This document shows, piece after piece, positions 12,606 through 26,900 of a stretch of 64,000 nt of DNA (position 1 is the stretch's first letter; each line of letters starts with the position of its first letter). The notes beneath the pieces were generated by a model that saw only the letters and a program-made list of their open reading frames with translations, searched no databases and was not told the origin of the DNA. Source of the stretch: Eledone cirrhosa (taxonomy: Eukaryota). Position numbers and translations under genes: made by a program. The stretch spans positions 35,638 through 99,637 of the forward strand of contig CAXHJY010000081.1 in the NCBI GenBank assembly GCA_964016885.1, read 5' to 3'.

Positions 12606-12633
12606 AGACACACTACTTAGCCATAATAAATGA

Positions 12634-12681
<48 letters not shown>

Positions 12682-13009
12682 TTCTTTATTTACCATAAAG
12701 GCATAAAAAGAAGGGACAAATACAAAGGGGGAGTTTACATGAAACCGAGTAAAAAGGGTATAAAATGAAAATAATCGAAAACAACCTCAAAAGGGAGGGG
12801 ACGTGATGGGGGTTGCACACACCCCCGGGGAGCACATGGAGAAGGTGCTCCCCTCACACATATATATATAATGTGAATGAAAGATGGCGTGCTGCGTTGT
12901 TGCGAATGTGAACATATGGATGAAAATAGACCGAGAAACAGGAATGTCCGTCATCAGTAGTCTGCTGATTATCATTGGTATTTCTTCGCATTAAAGACTA
13001 GACATCGTC

Positions 13010-13181
13010 AGGCACAAGACCAGCAATTACCCAGTGTATTACTGGTACTTTGTTTTATCGACCCCGTAAGGATGAAAGGCAAAGTCAACCTCGGCGGGAT
13101 TTGAACTCAGAATGGCAAGGGCCGTAACTCTATGCTGGAAAGCATGGCGTCCGACCCTCTACCGATACTGCCAATTCACCG
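13010..13181 (-). mobile_element. tRNA-derived SINE copy
   Basis: Reverse complement of the 8726 family. Confidence 0.9.
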
Positions 13182-13237
13182 TGATGATCACATACATACA
13201 TATATACATACATGTATGTATGCAGACACAAACAGCT

Positions 13238-13440
13238 ACATACATACTTACACACACACACACACACACACACAGATATATGTATATATATGTATGTATA
13301 TATATCATACATACTTACACACACACACACACACAGATATATGTATATATATGTATGTATATATATCATACATACTTACACACGCACACACACACACACA
13401 GATATATGTATATATATGTATATATATATATCATACATAC

Positions 13441-13503
<63 letters not shown>

Positions 13504-13555
13504 TATATGTATATATATGTATGTATATATATCATACATACTTACACACACATAC

Positions 13556-13588
<33 letters not shown>

Positions 13589-13640
13589 TATATGTATATA
13601 TATGTATGTATATATATCATACATACTTACACACACATAC

Positions 13641-13689
<49 letters not shown>

Positions 13690-13855
13690 TATATGTATAT
13701 ATATGTATATATATATATCATACATACTTACACACACACACACACACAGATATATGTATATATATGTATATATATATATCATACATACTTACACACACAC
13801 AGATATATGTATATATATGTATATATATATATCATACATACTTACACACACATAC

Positions 13856-13916
<61 letters not shown>

Positions 13917-14015
13917 TATATGTATATATATGTATGTATATATATCATACATACTTACACACACACACACACACAGATATATGTATATATATGTATGTAT
14001 ATATATCATACATAC

Positions 14016-14064
<49 letters not shown>

Positions 14065-14450
14065 TATATGTATATATATGTATGTATATATATCATACAT
14101 ACTTACACACACACAAACAGATATATGTATATATATGTATGTATATATATCATACATACTTACACACACGCATACACACACACACACAGATATATGTATA
14201 TATATGTATGTATATATATCATACATACTTACACACACACAGACAGATATATGTATATATATGTATGTATATATATCATACATACTTACACACACGCATA
14301 CACACACACACACAGATATATGTATATATATGTATGTATATATATCATACATACTTACACACACACACACAGATATATGTATATATATCATACATACTTA
14401 CACACACACACACAGATATATGTATATATATCATACATACTTACACACTG
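13238..14450. repeat. Compound minisatellite (catacatactta-(CA)n-gatatatgtatata)
   Basis: About 20 units with variable (CA)n length. Confidence 0.95.
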
Positions 14451-14625
14451 ACACACAAAATATCTGTGAGCTTTAAAAGTGACTATTTTAGATAAAGATC
14501 AGTTATTCAGTAAAAAAACAACAAAAAACAGGATACAAGAGGAAAAAAAAAACATGTAGACTGCCACCATGTTTATTCTTAAATTTTCATCATGTTTCGT
14601 ACATCTTGTTGGTAAGACACACACA

Positions 14626-14736
<111 letters not shown>

Positions 14737-14881
14737 ATATATATGTATGTATATATGTATGTATATCCTTCATATCAATAGATTTCTCTGTACCGGAAGT
14801 ATCAGCGCAGCTGTAACGAATCACGGCAGCCATTTTGTATCATTATAATTGCCTATTATCTATCTATCTATCTTTCTATCT

Positions 14882-14955
<74 letters not shown>

Positions 14956-14959
14956 TACA

Positions 14960-15490
14960 GCGTCAGATACCATGCTTTGCTCTTTATGTTCTGAGTTCAA
15001 ATCCTGTCGAGGTTACCTTTGCCTTTCATTCTTACGGAGTCGATAAAGTAAAGTACCAGTAATGCACTGGGGTACTGGGGTAATTGCTGGCCTTGTGTCA
15101 AAAGCAGAAACATTATTATTATTATTCGTCCCTTAACGATCTGAGTTCAAATCCCGCTGAGGTTGACTTTGCCTTTCATCCTTACGGGGTCGATAAAATA
15201 AAGTACCAGTAATGCACTGGGTAATTGCTGGCCTTGTGCCTAAAGTAGAAACAATTATTAATGATGATCACATATATACATAGGGCAGTGGATTGGCAAG
15301 TATCGGTAGAGGGTCGGACGCCATGCTTTGACGCATAGAGTTACGGCCCTTGCCATTCTGAGTTCAAATCCCGCCGAGGTTAACTTTGCCTTTCATCCTT
15401 ACGGGGTCGATAAAATAAAGTACCAGTAATGCACTGGGTAATTGCTGGCTTTGTGCCAAAAAGTAGAAACAATTATTATTATTATTATAA
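14960..15490 (+). mobile_element. Three tandem SINE copies (dominant family)
   Basis: Same B-box, body and tail as the 8726 family. Confidence 0.9.
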
Positions 15491-15784
15491 GGGCTGTGGG
15501 TTGGCACTATCAGTATCAAATTCTAACAACTATCTGTTCATTAGTTAAGAAACTATAAACATTTTAGTCAACAAACCACATGAAGCCACATTAGCAAGAC
15601 ATTGTTGGAAAGTATAAAGCTGCACTATGACTGCAGTAAAAAATTCAAGTCTTAAGTCTAATTCACAGCAAATTTTCACAACAATCTTTCCACAAGTAAA
15701 GATGCTATAAACATTTGAATTAATGACGGTATTTAAACATCTTCAACTAAATCATTACAAATGTTAAGAGTTAAATAAATAGGA

Positions 15785-15910
15785 CAAACTATGGAAATAT
15801 CGGTGACTCTCTGCTAGGTTTGGGTTGGAACTTGTAGCAGTTGAGACTTCCGGCGTGGAACTTGTAGCAGTTGAGACTTCCGGCGTTCTTGGTTCCCGGA
15901 CCACTACTAC
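15785..15910 (+). pseudogene. Degenerate CRE-like non-LTR RLE fragment
   Basis: Translates as KLWKYR*LSARFGLELVAVETSGV(dup)LGSRTT, homologous to the 16135 element. Confidence 0.55.
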
Positions 15911-16134
15911 CGAGGTGGAGATGGCTACCGCAGGAGCAAGCAGCCCTCTCATTTGGAATGTTCGGACACATTGCACCTGTCCTGTGGACCCTGTGATAAT
16001 TTCATTTTAATTGATAGTCGTTTTTTGTTAATTAGACTGCAATAAGTCATTTTCCTGGCGGCATTTTCTTTAACGAGAATAACAACAACAACCATCACCA
16101 CTACCAGCAACAACAACAATAACAACACCGGCCG

Positions 16135-17830
16135 CAACCTGGTGCAGTCTGCGATTAACCCGGGTTCTGCTGCACGTCGGGCTGAGGAGGCCATACTCTT
16201 CAAATACCGATCGCCCTTCGACAGGTTTGCGGTTGTACCCTTGGGCAGTGGAGACTTCTGGTGCCCTCGGCCCTATGGCTACCTCCCTACTCACCACCTC
16301 AGGCGCTGAGCTGGCTAGCCGTAGCAGTGGAGACTTCTAGGGCTACCTCCCTACTCACCACCACAGGCGCTGAGCTGGCTAGCCATAGCAGTGGAGACTT
16401 CTGGTGTCCTCCGCCCTAGGGCTACCTCCCTACTCACCACCACAGGCGCTGAGCTGGCTAGCCATAGCAGTGGAGACTTCTGGTGTCCTCCGCCCTAGGG
16501 CTACCTCCCTACTCACCACCTCAGGCGCTGAGCTGGCTAGCCATAGCAGTGGAGACTTCTGGTGTCCTCCGCCCTAGGGCTACCTCCCTACTCACCACCT
16601 CAGGCGCTGAGCTGGCTAGCCATAGCAGTGGAGACTTCTGGTGTCCTCCGCCCTAGGGCTACCTCCCTACTCACCACCAAAGGCGCTGAGCTGGCTAGCC
16701 ATATCAGTGGAGACTTCTGGTGTCCTCCGCCCTAGGGCTACCTCCCTACTCACCACCACAGGCGCTGAGCTGGCTAGCCATAGCAGTGGAGACTTCTGGT
16801 GTCCTCCGCCCTAGGGCAACCTCCCTACTCACCACCACAGGGGCTGAGCTGGCTAGCCATAGCAGTGGAGACTTCTGGTGTCCTCCGCCCTAGGGCAACC
16901 TCCCTACTCACCACCACAGGCGCTGAGCTGGCTAGCCATAGCAGTGGAGACTTCTGGTGTCCTCCGCCCTAGGGCTACCTCCCTACTCACCACCTCAGGC
17001 GCTGAGCTGGCTAGCCATAGCAGTGGAGACTTCTGGTGTCCTCCGCCCTAGGGCTACCTCCCTACTCACCACCTCAGGCGCTGAGCTGGCTAGCCATAGC
17101 AGTGGAGACTTCTGGTGTCCTCCGCCCTAGGGCTACCTCCCTACTCACCACCTCAGGCGCTGAGCTGGCTAGCCATAACAGTGGAGTCTTCTGGTGTCCT
17201 CCGCCTTAGGGCAACCTCCCTACTCACCACCTCAGGCGCTGAGCTGGCTAGCCATAGCAGTGGAGACTTCTGGTGTCCTCCGCCCTAGGGCTACCTCCCT
17301 ACTCACCACCAAAGGCGCTGAGCTGGCTAGCCATAGCAGTGGAGACTTCTGGTGTCCTCCGCCCTAGGGCAACCTCCCTACTCACCACCATAGGCGCTGA
17401 GCTGGCTAGCCATAGCAGTGGAGACTTCTGGTGTCCTCCGCCCTAGGGCTACCTCCCTACTCACCACCACAGGCGCTGAGCTGGCTAGCCATAGCAGTGG
17501 AGACTTCTGGTGTCCTCCGCCCTAGGGCTACCTCCCTACTCACCACCACAGGCGCTGAGCTGGCTGGCCATAGCAGTGGAGACTTCTGGTGTCCTCCGCC
17601 CTAGGGCTACCTCCCTACTCACCACCACAGGCGCTGAGCTGGCTAGCCATAGCAGTGGAGACTTCTGGTGTCCTCCGCCCTAGGGCTACCTCCCTACTCA
17701 CCACCACAGGCGCTGAGCTGGCCAGTCGCAGGTGTGAGCCCCACGAGCTAGAATGGCGTTTTCCAGCGTGTCTCCCTTGCCGTCCTCCGGGGGAACGCCC
17801 TTCTCCATTCTGTCCGCCGGGGCTGTGGGG
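16135..17830 (+). mobile_element. CRE-like non-LTR retrotransposon 3' end (RLE domain) interrupted by a tandem amplification of itself
   Basis: NLVQSAINPGSAARRAEEAILFKY...VPL/AVETSGALG before the array and FQRVSLAVLRGNA after it. These match RLE C-terminal motifs of CRE-type elements. Confidence 0.75.
16244..17722 (+). repeat. 79-bp minisatellite, about 18-19 copies
   Basis: Period 79 (agccatagca at 16381, 16460, 16539 and onward). The unit encodes AVETSGVLRPRATSLLTTTGAELAS. Confidence 0.95.
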
Positions 17831-17910
17831 AGGCCTCCGATATGATTGACTGACTTGTCATTTTATCAGTCAGATACTCACTCATGCACTCTTCTACTCT
17901 GATCTCCTTG

Positions 17911-19808
17911 TTAGTTCCTCATATCTCCGTCTTTATCTTGTCCGAATTATGCTATGCATTCATCTTCACATATATAAAGATTACTCCATGTTGTTGTTTG
18001 CGATGCACACTGCCATCATTTGTACTTGGAAATATGTCTTGAATACACAATGTGGAAGACATCTGTTGTACTCAGGTCTGGCCTGAGATGGGCTCCTAGT
18101 TCCTCACATCTCCATCTTTATCTTGTCCGAATTATGCTACGCATTCATCTTCACATATATAAAGATTACTCCATGTTGTTGTTTGCGATGCACACTGCCA
18201 TCATTTGTACTTGGAAATATGTCTTGAATACACAATGTGGAAGACATCTGTTGTACTCAGGTCTGGCGTGAGATGGGCTCCTAGTTCCTCACATCTCCAT
18301 CTTTATCTTGTCCGAATTATGCTATGCATTCATCTTCACACATATAAAGATTGCTCTTATCTTTGAGCAAATGTGAACTGGATGGCGTTTCTCTTTTGCG
18401 ATGGTGTTTCCTAGTTTAATAATTTAAAATAAAAACAACTTATCTAATATAGGCGGCGAATTGTCAGAGTCGTTAGAATGTCGGATAGAATGCCTTATGG
18501 TATTCAATCCAGCTCTTTGCTCTATGAGTTCAAATCCCGCCGAGGTCAACTTTGCCTTTCATCCTTTCGATGTCGATAAAAAAAGTACCAGTCTAGTCAT
18601 CATCATCATCATCACTCGTCGACTACTGTCGAGATGATGGATCTCACTCACATGCCCCAGAATTCCCTGTCCCCCATCGCTGCCCCCCAGGTCCTGTCTA
18701 CTGATTCCCGTATCCCCAGAGATAACGTCAGGGAATGACAGCTTCCTACTCCTAGTCAGGCTGGAGTCAGGGTTCCAGAGCAAGAGAGCGGATATGATTT
18801 CATTGCTGGCACGGTGACAGTACTGAGGTCGATTCTTCCTCTATATCTCTTTCTCATTTCCTCTCCCTCTCACTTTCTATCTTTCCCTGGAAGACATCTG
18901 TTGTAGCCAGGTCTGGCCTGAGATGGGCTCCTAGTTCCTCACATCTCCATCTTTATCTTGTCCGAATTATGCTACGCATTCATCTTCACATATATAAAGA
19001 CTACTCCATGTTGTTGTTTGCGATGCCCACTGCCACCATTGTACTTGGAAATATGTCTTGAATACACAATGTGGAAGACATCTGTTGTACTCAGGTCTGG
19101 CCTGAGATGGGCTCCCAGTTCCTCACATCTCCATCTTTATCTTGTTCGAATTATGCTATGCATTCATCTTCACATATATAAAGATTACTCCATGTTGTTG
19201 TTTGCGATGCACACTGCCATCATTTGTACTTGGAAATATGTCTTGAATACACAATGTGGAAGACATCTGTTGTACTCAGGTCTGGCCTGAGATGGGCTCC
19301 CAGTTCCTCACATCTCCATCTTTATCTTGTTCGAATTATGCTACGCATTCATCTTCACATATATAAAGATTACTCCATTTTGTTGTTTGCGATGCACACT
19401 GCCATCATTTGTACTTGGAAATATGTCTTGAATACACAATGTGGAAGACATCTGTTGTACTCAGGTCTGGCGTGAGATGGGCTCCTAGTTCCTCACATCT
19501 CCATCTTTATCTTGTCCGAATTATGCTACGCATTCTTCTTCACATATATAAAGATTACTCCATGTTGTTGTTTGCGATGCACACTCCCACCATTGTACTT
19601 GGAAAGATGTCTTGAATACACAATGTGGAAGACATCTGTTGTACTCAGGTCTGGCGTGAGATGGGCTCCTAGTTCCTCACATCTCCATCTTTATCTTGTC
19701 CGAATTATGCTACGCATTCTTCTTCACATATATAAAGATTACTCCATGTTGTTGTTTGCGATGCACACTCCCACCATTGTACTTGGAAAGATGTCTTGAA
19801 TACACAAT
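17911..19808. repeat. Tandem repeat of about 185 bp in two blocks (about 2.4 and about 5 copies), separated by a SINE and unique DNA
   Basis: The unit tagttcctcacatctccatc...gagatgggctcc recurs, and the ORF track shows repeated near-identical peptides. Confidence 0.9.
18451..18592 (+). mobile_element. tRNA-derived SINE copy (diverged)
   Basis: ggcggcgaattgtcagagtcgttag...gagttcaaatcccgccgaggtcaactttgcc. Confidence 0.85.
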
Positions 19809-20037
19809 GAACAAACAGCCTTGTACCACAGAACCGATGCAGTTTGAAGCGGTTTGGCAGTAAAAGGGTTAAACATGTTGACAGGAACTTAACTATCGTT
19901 TTTCAACCGTCTCTGCTGCCCTTCCTCAAAATAAACGTTGAAAGTCATTATTTACTATGGTGAACTGTGTAAACCACACGGGAGAAATGGAAGACTTACA
20001 AAACATCAACACACTCCCATGGTGGGCCACATGGCTG

Positions 20038-21090
<1,053 letters not shown>

Positions 21091-21268
21091 CTTACACTCT
21101 CATACCCGCCCACATATTTACATTAGCTACAAACAAACAACCCCGGTAAAAGCTGAAGAGTTGGTAGGGAAACACAAACAAGGTTAGAAAAGTTTTTTTA
21201 AATATCATTAAAAAAAAAAAAAAAAATATCATCAACAGCAACAACAACAACAACTACAACTATAGCAT

Positions 21269-21650
21269 ATACGAAGGTCGTCTAAAAAGTACATGGGCTG
21301 ACCAAGATACTCTCGTGGAATGACCAAACGAGGTTCAGCGCAGTTATTAATAAGAAGAGTTGAAATTAATACTTGCAAGATTTCACAACTCTAGCATCAC
21401 TCCTTCAAAGGCTGACCAAGATACTCTCGTGGAATGACCAAATGAGGTTTATTTTTCAACATAGTCCCTGGAAAGTTGAAATTAATGCATGCAAGATTTC
21501 ACAACTCTAGCATCACTCCTTCATATGCTGACCAAGATACTCTCGTGGAATGACCAAATGAGGTTTATTTTTCAACATAGTCCCTGGAAAGAAACAACGC
21601 AATTATTTATAAGAGCTGAAATTAATGCATGCAAGATTTCACAGCTCTAG
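21269..21650 (+). mobile_element. Possible mariner-derived terminal fragment with local duplications
   Basis: Begins TAcgaaggtcgtctaaaaagt, resembling mariner TIRs (recalled). gctgaccaagatactctcgtggaatgaccaaa occurs three times. Confidence 0.45.
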
Positions 21651-21654
21651 TATA

Positions 21655-21950
21655 CTCAGCTGAAAATGAGTGTCAGCGGTAACTTGGGGGTTTTAACCCT
21701 GCAATGGACTGGCGTCCTATCCAGGGGAGAGTCTTGTACTCCCACTCTCTTAACGCCACGGGAACCAGGATAAGTACCGGCTTGATGAGCCCCCGGGCTT
21801 CAGACAGACTTTAGCCATGCAATGGACTGGTGTCCTGTCCAAGGGGAGTATTGAACTCCCAGTCGCTTAACACCACGAAAACCGATATAAGTACCTTGCC
21901 TGAAGAGCCTTCGGGCTCAAGACAGGCTTTAGCCATACAATGGACTGGTG
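21655..21950 (+). mobile_element. Second SINE family, body and tail in tandem partial copies; reverse copy near 49047-49150
   Basis: The core ccctgcaatggactggcgtcctatccagggg recurs at about 21820, 22745 and (reverse) 49120. Confidence 0.7.
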
Positions 21951-22004
21951 TCAGCTGGAAAAAAAGAGGAAAAAAAAAAAAAGAGTTGTACCAGTAAAAG
22001 CGTG

Positions 22005-22775
22005 AAGGCGCGTGGCCTAGTGGTTAGGGTGTTTGACTTGCGATCATAATTGTTTCTACTTTTAGCACGGCCATAACTCTATGCTACAAAGAATGGTGTC
22101 CAACGCTCTACCGGTTCTGCCAATCTACCGCCTATTCGCGATCATAATGTCGTGAGTTTGATTCCTGGATTTGATTGTGTGGTTTTCATCAGCAAAACAC
22201 TTTATTTCATGTTGTCAGCCGAAAATGAGTATCAACTATAGCTGGGAGTTAACCTTGCAATGGCCTAGTAGGTAGGGTATTTCACTTATGATCATAATGT
22301 CGTGGGTTTGATTCATGGATCAGATGTTGCTCAAGTCATCTCAGCCGAAAATGAGTATCAACTATAGCTGGGAGTTAATCTTGCAATGGCCTAGTAGGTA
22401 GGGTATTTCACTTATGATATTAATGTCGTGGGTTTGATTCATGGATCAGATGTTGCTCAAGTCATCTCAGCCGAAAATGAGTATCAACTATAGCTGGGAG
22501 TTAACCTTGCAATGGCCTAGTAGGTAGGGTATTTCACTTATGATCATAATGTCGTGGGTTTGATTCATGGATCAGATGTTGCTCAAGTCATCTCAGCCGA
22601 AAATGAGTATCAACTATAGCTGGGAGTTAATCTTGCAATGGCCTAGTAGGTAGGGTATTTCACTTATGATCATAATGTCGTGGGTTTGATTCATGGATCA
22701 GATGTTGCATTGTATTTATTTCAGTACACTCAGCTGAAAGTTAACCCTGGGATGGACTGGCGTCATGTCCAGGAG
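22005..22775 (+). repeat. tRNA-headed SINE with a nested insertion and a 126-bp tandem array (4 copies) of Pol III promoter-bearing units
   Basis: cagccgaaaatgag at 22216, 22342, 22468 and 22594. A-box tggcctagtaggtagg and B-box ggtttgattc. Insert 22051-22137 is flanked by duplicated gcgatcataat. Confidence 0.8.
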
Positions 22776-22844
22776 GAGGCGGGGAATTTTGTACTCTCTG
22801 ACACTTAACGCTGATAAATCAGAGATAAGCAGAGGCCTGAAGCG

Positions 22845-23530
22845 CCACCAACACAACCACCAGCATCACCAGCATCACAACCACCACAACCACCACCATC
22901 ACTACCATCACCACAACCACTACAACCACCACCATCACCACAACCACTACAACAATGACCTCCCACTGCATGGCTCTCAACATCACAACCACCACCATCA
23001 CTATCAAAATCATCAACCATTACCTCAATCACCTCCTCCCTACTCCTCTTGTCCCACCACCACCACCACCGCCACCAACAACAACAACATAACACCACCA
23101 CTTCAACCACCATTATCCCTACCACAATCCCCTACGGCCACCACCACCAGCAACACCACCACCACCAGCAACACCACCACCACCACCACCAGCAACACCA
23201 TCACCACCACCACCACCGCCACCACAGTCCCCCTACCACCACCACCACCACCACCGCCACCAACAACAACACAACACCACCACTTCAACCACCATTATCC
23301 CCACCACAATCCCCTACCGCCACCACCACCAGCAATACTACCACCACCATCGCCACCACAGTCCCCTACCACCACCACCACTACCACCATCACTAGCAAC
23401 ACCACACCACCACCACCACCACCATCACCAACAACACCACACCACCACCACCACACAGTCCCCTACCACCAGCAACACCACCACCACCACCACACAGTCC
23501 CCTACCACCACCACCACCACAACCACCACC
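22845..23530. repeat. (ACC)n-derived low-complexity tract
   Basis: Directly visible. Confidence 0.9.
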
Positions 23531-23628
23531 AACTGACCTCCGTCGTGAGGTGTTTTCTCATCACGTGATAGGTCACACTCCATTACAGCCGCCATATATA
23601 AGTCTATATAAATATTTTATAGACTCAC

Positions 23629-23662
23629 CAGGCAGCGTTCTTCTCAGCTTTTATTTTTTCAT
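23629..23662 (-). CDS. Candidate small exon (xEKIKAEKNAA)
   Basis: Minus strand: aaatttcag|ATGAAAAAATAAAAGCTGAGAAGAACGCTGCCTG|gtgagt. Both splice sites are good and one frame is open. Product not recognised. Confidence 0.35.
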
Positions 23663-23739
23663 CTGAAATTTTAATGTCTCTTTTAGATGACGTTTATATC
23701 GTTTTAATTTGGTCATTTTAGCCGTTTATTGTTACTGCT

Positions 23740-24390
23740 ATTGTTGTTGTGGTGGTGGTGGTGTTGTTGTTGGTGTTGGTGGTGGTAGTGGTGGTAGTGG
23801 TGGTAGTAGTGGTGGTAGTGATGGTGTTGGTGGTGTTGTTGGTGTTGGTGGTGTTGTTGGTGGTGGTGTTGGTGTTGATGGTGTTGGTGGTAGTGGTGGT
23901 AGTAGTGGTGGTAGTGATGGTGGTGTTGTTGGTGGTGGTGGTAGTGGTGGAGGTGTTGGTGGTGGTGATGGTGGTAGTGATGGTGTTGGTGGTGGTGGTG
24001 TTGTTGGTGGTGGTGGTGTTGTTGGTGGTGGTGGTGTTGTTGGTGGTGGTGTTGTTGGTGGTGGTGGTAGTGGAGGTGTTGGTGGTGGTGTTGTTGGTGG
24101 TGGTGGTGTTAGTGGTGGTGGTGATGGTGGTGGTGGTGTTGGTGGTGGTGGTAGTGATGGTGTTGGTGGTGGTGATGGTGTTGTAGTCGGTGGTGGTGGT
24201 GGTGTTGTTGGTGGTAGTGGAGGTGTTGGTGGTGGTGATGGTGGTAGTGATGGTGTTGGTGGTGGTGGTGATGGTGTTGTAGTCGGTGGTGGTTGGTGTT
24301 GCGAGTGGTGTCGGTGATACTGGTGGTGTTGTTAGTTGTGATGTTGGTGTTAGTGGTGGTGTGGTTGTAGGTGCTTATGGTGGAAGTAGT
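23740..24390. repeat. (GGT)n-derived tract
   Basis: Directly visible. Confidence 0.9.
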
Positions 24391-24427
24391 TGGGGTGGGA
24401 GGGATTAATGGTACGTAATACATTAGA

Positions 24428-24493
<66 letters not shown>

Positions 24494-24734
24494 GCGAGAG
24501 TAGAGAGAGAGATATGAAGGTGAAAGAGAGATGACCGCTTGTGAAAATGTCCTTGATGACCTCTACAGTGTGATAAAAAGGGTTGAGGTAAATAAATACT
24601 TGACACACACAGACACACGTAAATCTGTGTGTGAGTACATATATACATACATATATATATACGTTTTTATGTATCTCTCTCTCTCTATATATATATATAT
24701 ACACAAACAATAGATGAGTTTGTGTAAGAGTGTG

Positions 24735-24769
<35 letters not shown>

Positions 24770-24857
24770 GTGTGTATATATATATACCCCCTTTTTGCTA
24801 TATGTCTCTCCACCACTCCCCTACACACTCTTTGAACTCTCTTCCCACACACTTTTC

Positions 24858-24889
24858 ACCTGAAGAAGGGCTTATGCCCGAAACGTCGT
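24858..24889 (+). ncRNA. Minimal Penelope-type hammerhead with essentially no stem III
   Basis: ac-CTGAAGA-a-gggc ttat gccc-GAAAC-GTC-gt, with AATAAA about 35 nt downstream. Confidence 0.7.
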
Positions 24890-25024
24890 TCCCCACCACC
24901 ACCCCACTCTCAAGAGCGTGAAATTAATAAACATTTGTTTGTACTGCCTCTCTGTTTTGTTCCCGTTCAATTTTTCATTATATATATATATATATATATA
25001 TACGCGTGTGTGTGTGTATGTGTA

Positions 25025-25083
<59 letters not shown>

Positions 25084-25194
25084 TCTTACACAAACTCATC
25101 TATTGTTTGTATATATATATATAGAGAGAGAGAAAGAGATACATAAAACCGTATATATATATGTATGTATATATGTACTCACACACAGAAATAT

Positions 25195-26740
25195 ATTTTC
25201 ACTTCTCAACTAAGGTGACACTAACAGGCTGCCGAGGGCCAGAGATGTATTTTCCCTTCTCAACTAAGGTGACACCACAACTACTTAACAAGACCGTTGA
25301 GGACCAGAGGTGTGTTTTCACTTCTCAGACTACTGAGAGCCAGGGGTATGTTTTCACTGTCCAACTAAAGTGACACTGACAGACTGCTGAGGACCGGAGA
25401 TATGTTTTGACTGCTCAGCTAAGGTGACACTGACTAACAAACTGGTGAGGGCCAGAGACGTGTTTTGACTGCTCAGCTAAGGTGACACTGACTAACAAAC
25501 TGGTGAGGGCCAGAGACGTGTTTTGACTGCTCAGCTAAGGTGACACTGACTAACAAACTGGTGAGGGCCAGGGAAGTGTTTTCACTGCTCACCTAATGAG
25601 CGTTCTATTTTCAATGTATTTCACATGCATTGAGTGTATTTTTGAATCCATTCCTTTCATATAATAAACTAGCTCTCAAACCTAAAAAAAAAATAGAAAA
25701 TAATTATTTCTACTTTTGGCACAAGGCCAGCAATTACCCCAATGCATTACTGGTACTTTATTTTATCGACCCCGTAAGGATGAAAGGCAAAGTCAACCTA
25801 TTTCCCACTTCTCAACTAAGGTGACACTACTTAACAAGACCGTTGAGGACCAGAGGTGTGTTTTCACTTCTCAGACTACTGAGAGCCAGAGTTATGTTTT
25901 CACTGTCCAACTAAAGTGACACTGACAGACTGCTGAGGACCGGAGATATGTTTTGACTGCTCAGCTAAGGTGACACTGACTAACAAACTGCTGAGGGCCA
26001 GGGAAGTGTTTTCACTGCTCACCTAATGAGCGTTCTATTTTCAATGTATTTCACATGCATTGAGTGTATTTTTGAATCCATTCCTTTCATATAATAAACT
26101 AGCTCTCAAACCTAAAAAAAAAATAGAAAATAATTATTTCTACTTTTGGCACAAGGCCAGCAATTACCCCAATGCATTACTGGTACTTTATTTTATCGAC
26201 CCCGTAAGGATGAAAGGCAAAGTCAACCTATTTCCCACTTCTCAACTAAGGTGACACTACTTAACAAGACCGTTGAGGACCAGAGGTGTGTTTTCACTTC
26301 TCAGACTACTGAGAGCCAGAGTTATGTTTTCACTGTCCAACTAAAGTGACACTGACAGACTGCTGAGGACCGGAGATATGTTTTGACTGCTCAGCTAAGG
26401 TGACACTGACTAACAAACTGCTGAGGACCGGAGATATGTTTTGACTGCTCAGCTAAGGTGACACTGACTAACAAACTGGTGAGGGCCAGAGACGTGTTTT
26501 CACTGCTCACCTAATGAGCGTTCTATTTTCAATGTATTTCACATGCATTGAGTGTATTTTTGAATCCATTCTTTTCATATAATAAACTAGCTCTCAAACC
26601 TAAAAAAAAAAATAGAAAATAATTATTTCTACTTTTGGCACAAGGCCAACAATTACCCCAATGCATTACTGGTACTTTATTTTATCGACCCCGTAAGGAT
26701 GAAAGTCAAAGTTAACCTAGGCGGGATTTGAACTCACAAC
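25195..26740. repeat. Tandem duplication of about 430 bp (about 3 copies) with 60-bp subrepeats and a truncated SINE in each unit
   Basis: Identical ORFs at 25630 and 26060. gactgctcagctaaggtgacactgactaacaaactg repeats at period 60. Confidence 0.9.
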
Positions 26741-26839
26741 GTTATAATAATTGTTTCTGTAACAACTACGACTTCAGTTTTTCGTGGCGTATTATTCAGC
26801 TGTTTCTTTCTTTCTTTTTTTTTTTTTTTCGCTGCTCAG

Positions 26840-26900
26840 CAGTCAACCGGAAGTTACCCAGATGCCCGGGCTGCGCATGCCCGTTTACAGCGAGCATGCT
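26840..26900. promoter_or_regulatory. Candidate promoter with ETS (ccggaagt) and NRF1-like (tgcgcatgcc) motifs in a GC-rich patch
   Basis: Motif co-occurrence in unique DNA only; no expression evidence. Confidence 0.3.

Noticed and set aside
21153-21175. CTGAAGA...GAAAC hammerhead-like core
   Set aside because: No stem I, II or III pairing.
22005-22050. tRNA gene
   Set aside because: Only an A/B-box-bearing SINE head; no full cloverleaf, and it continues into SINE body.
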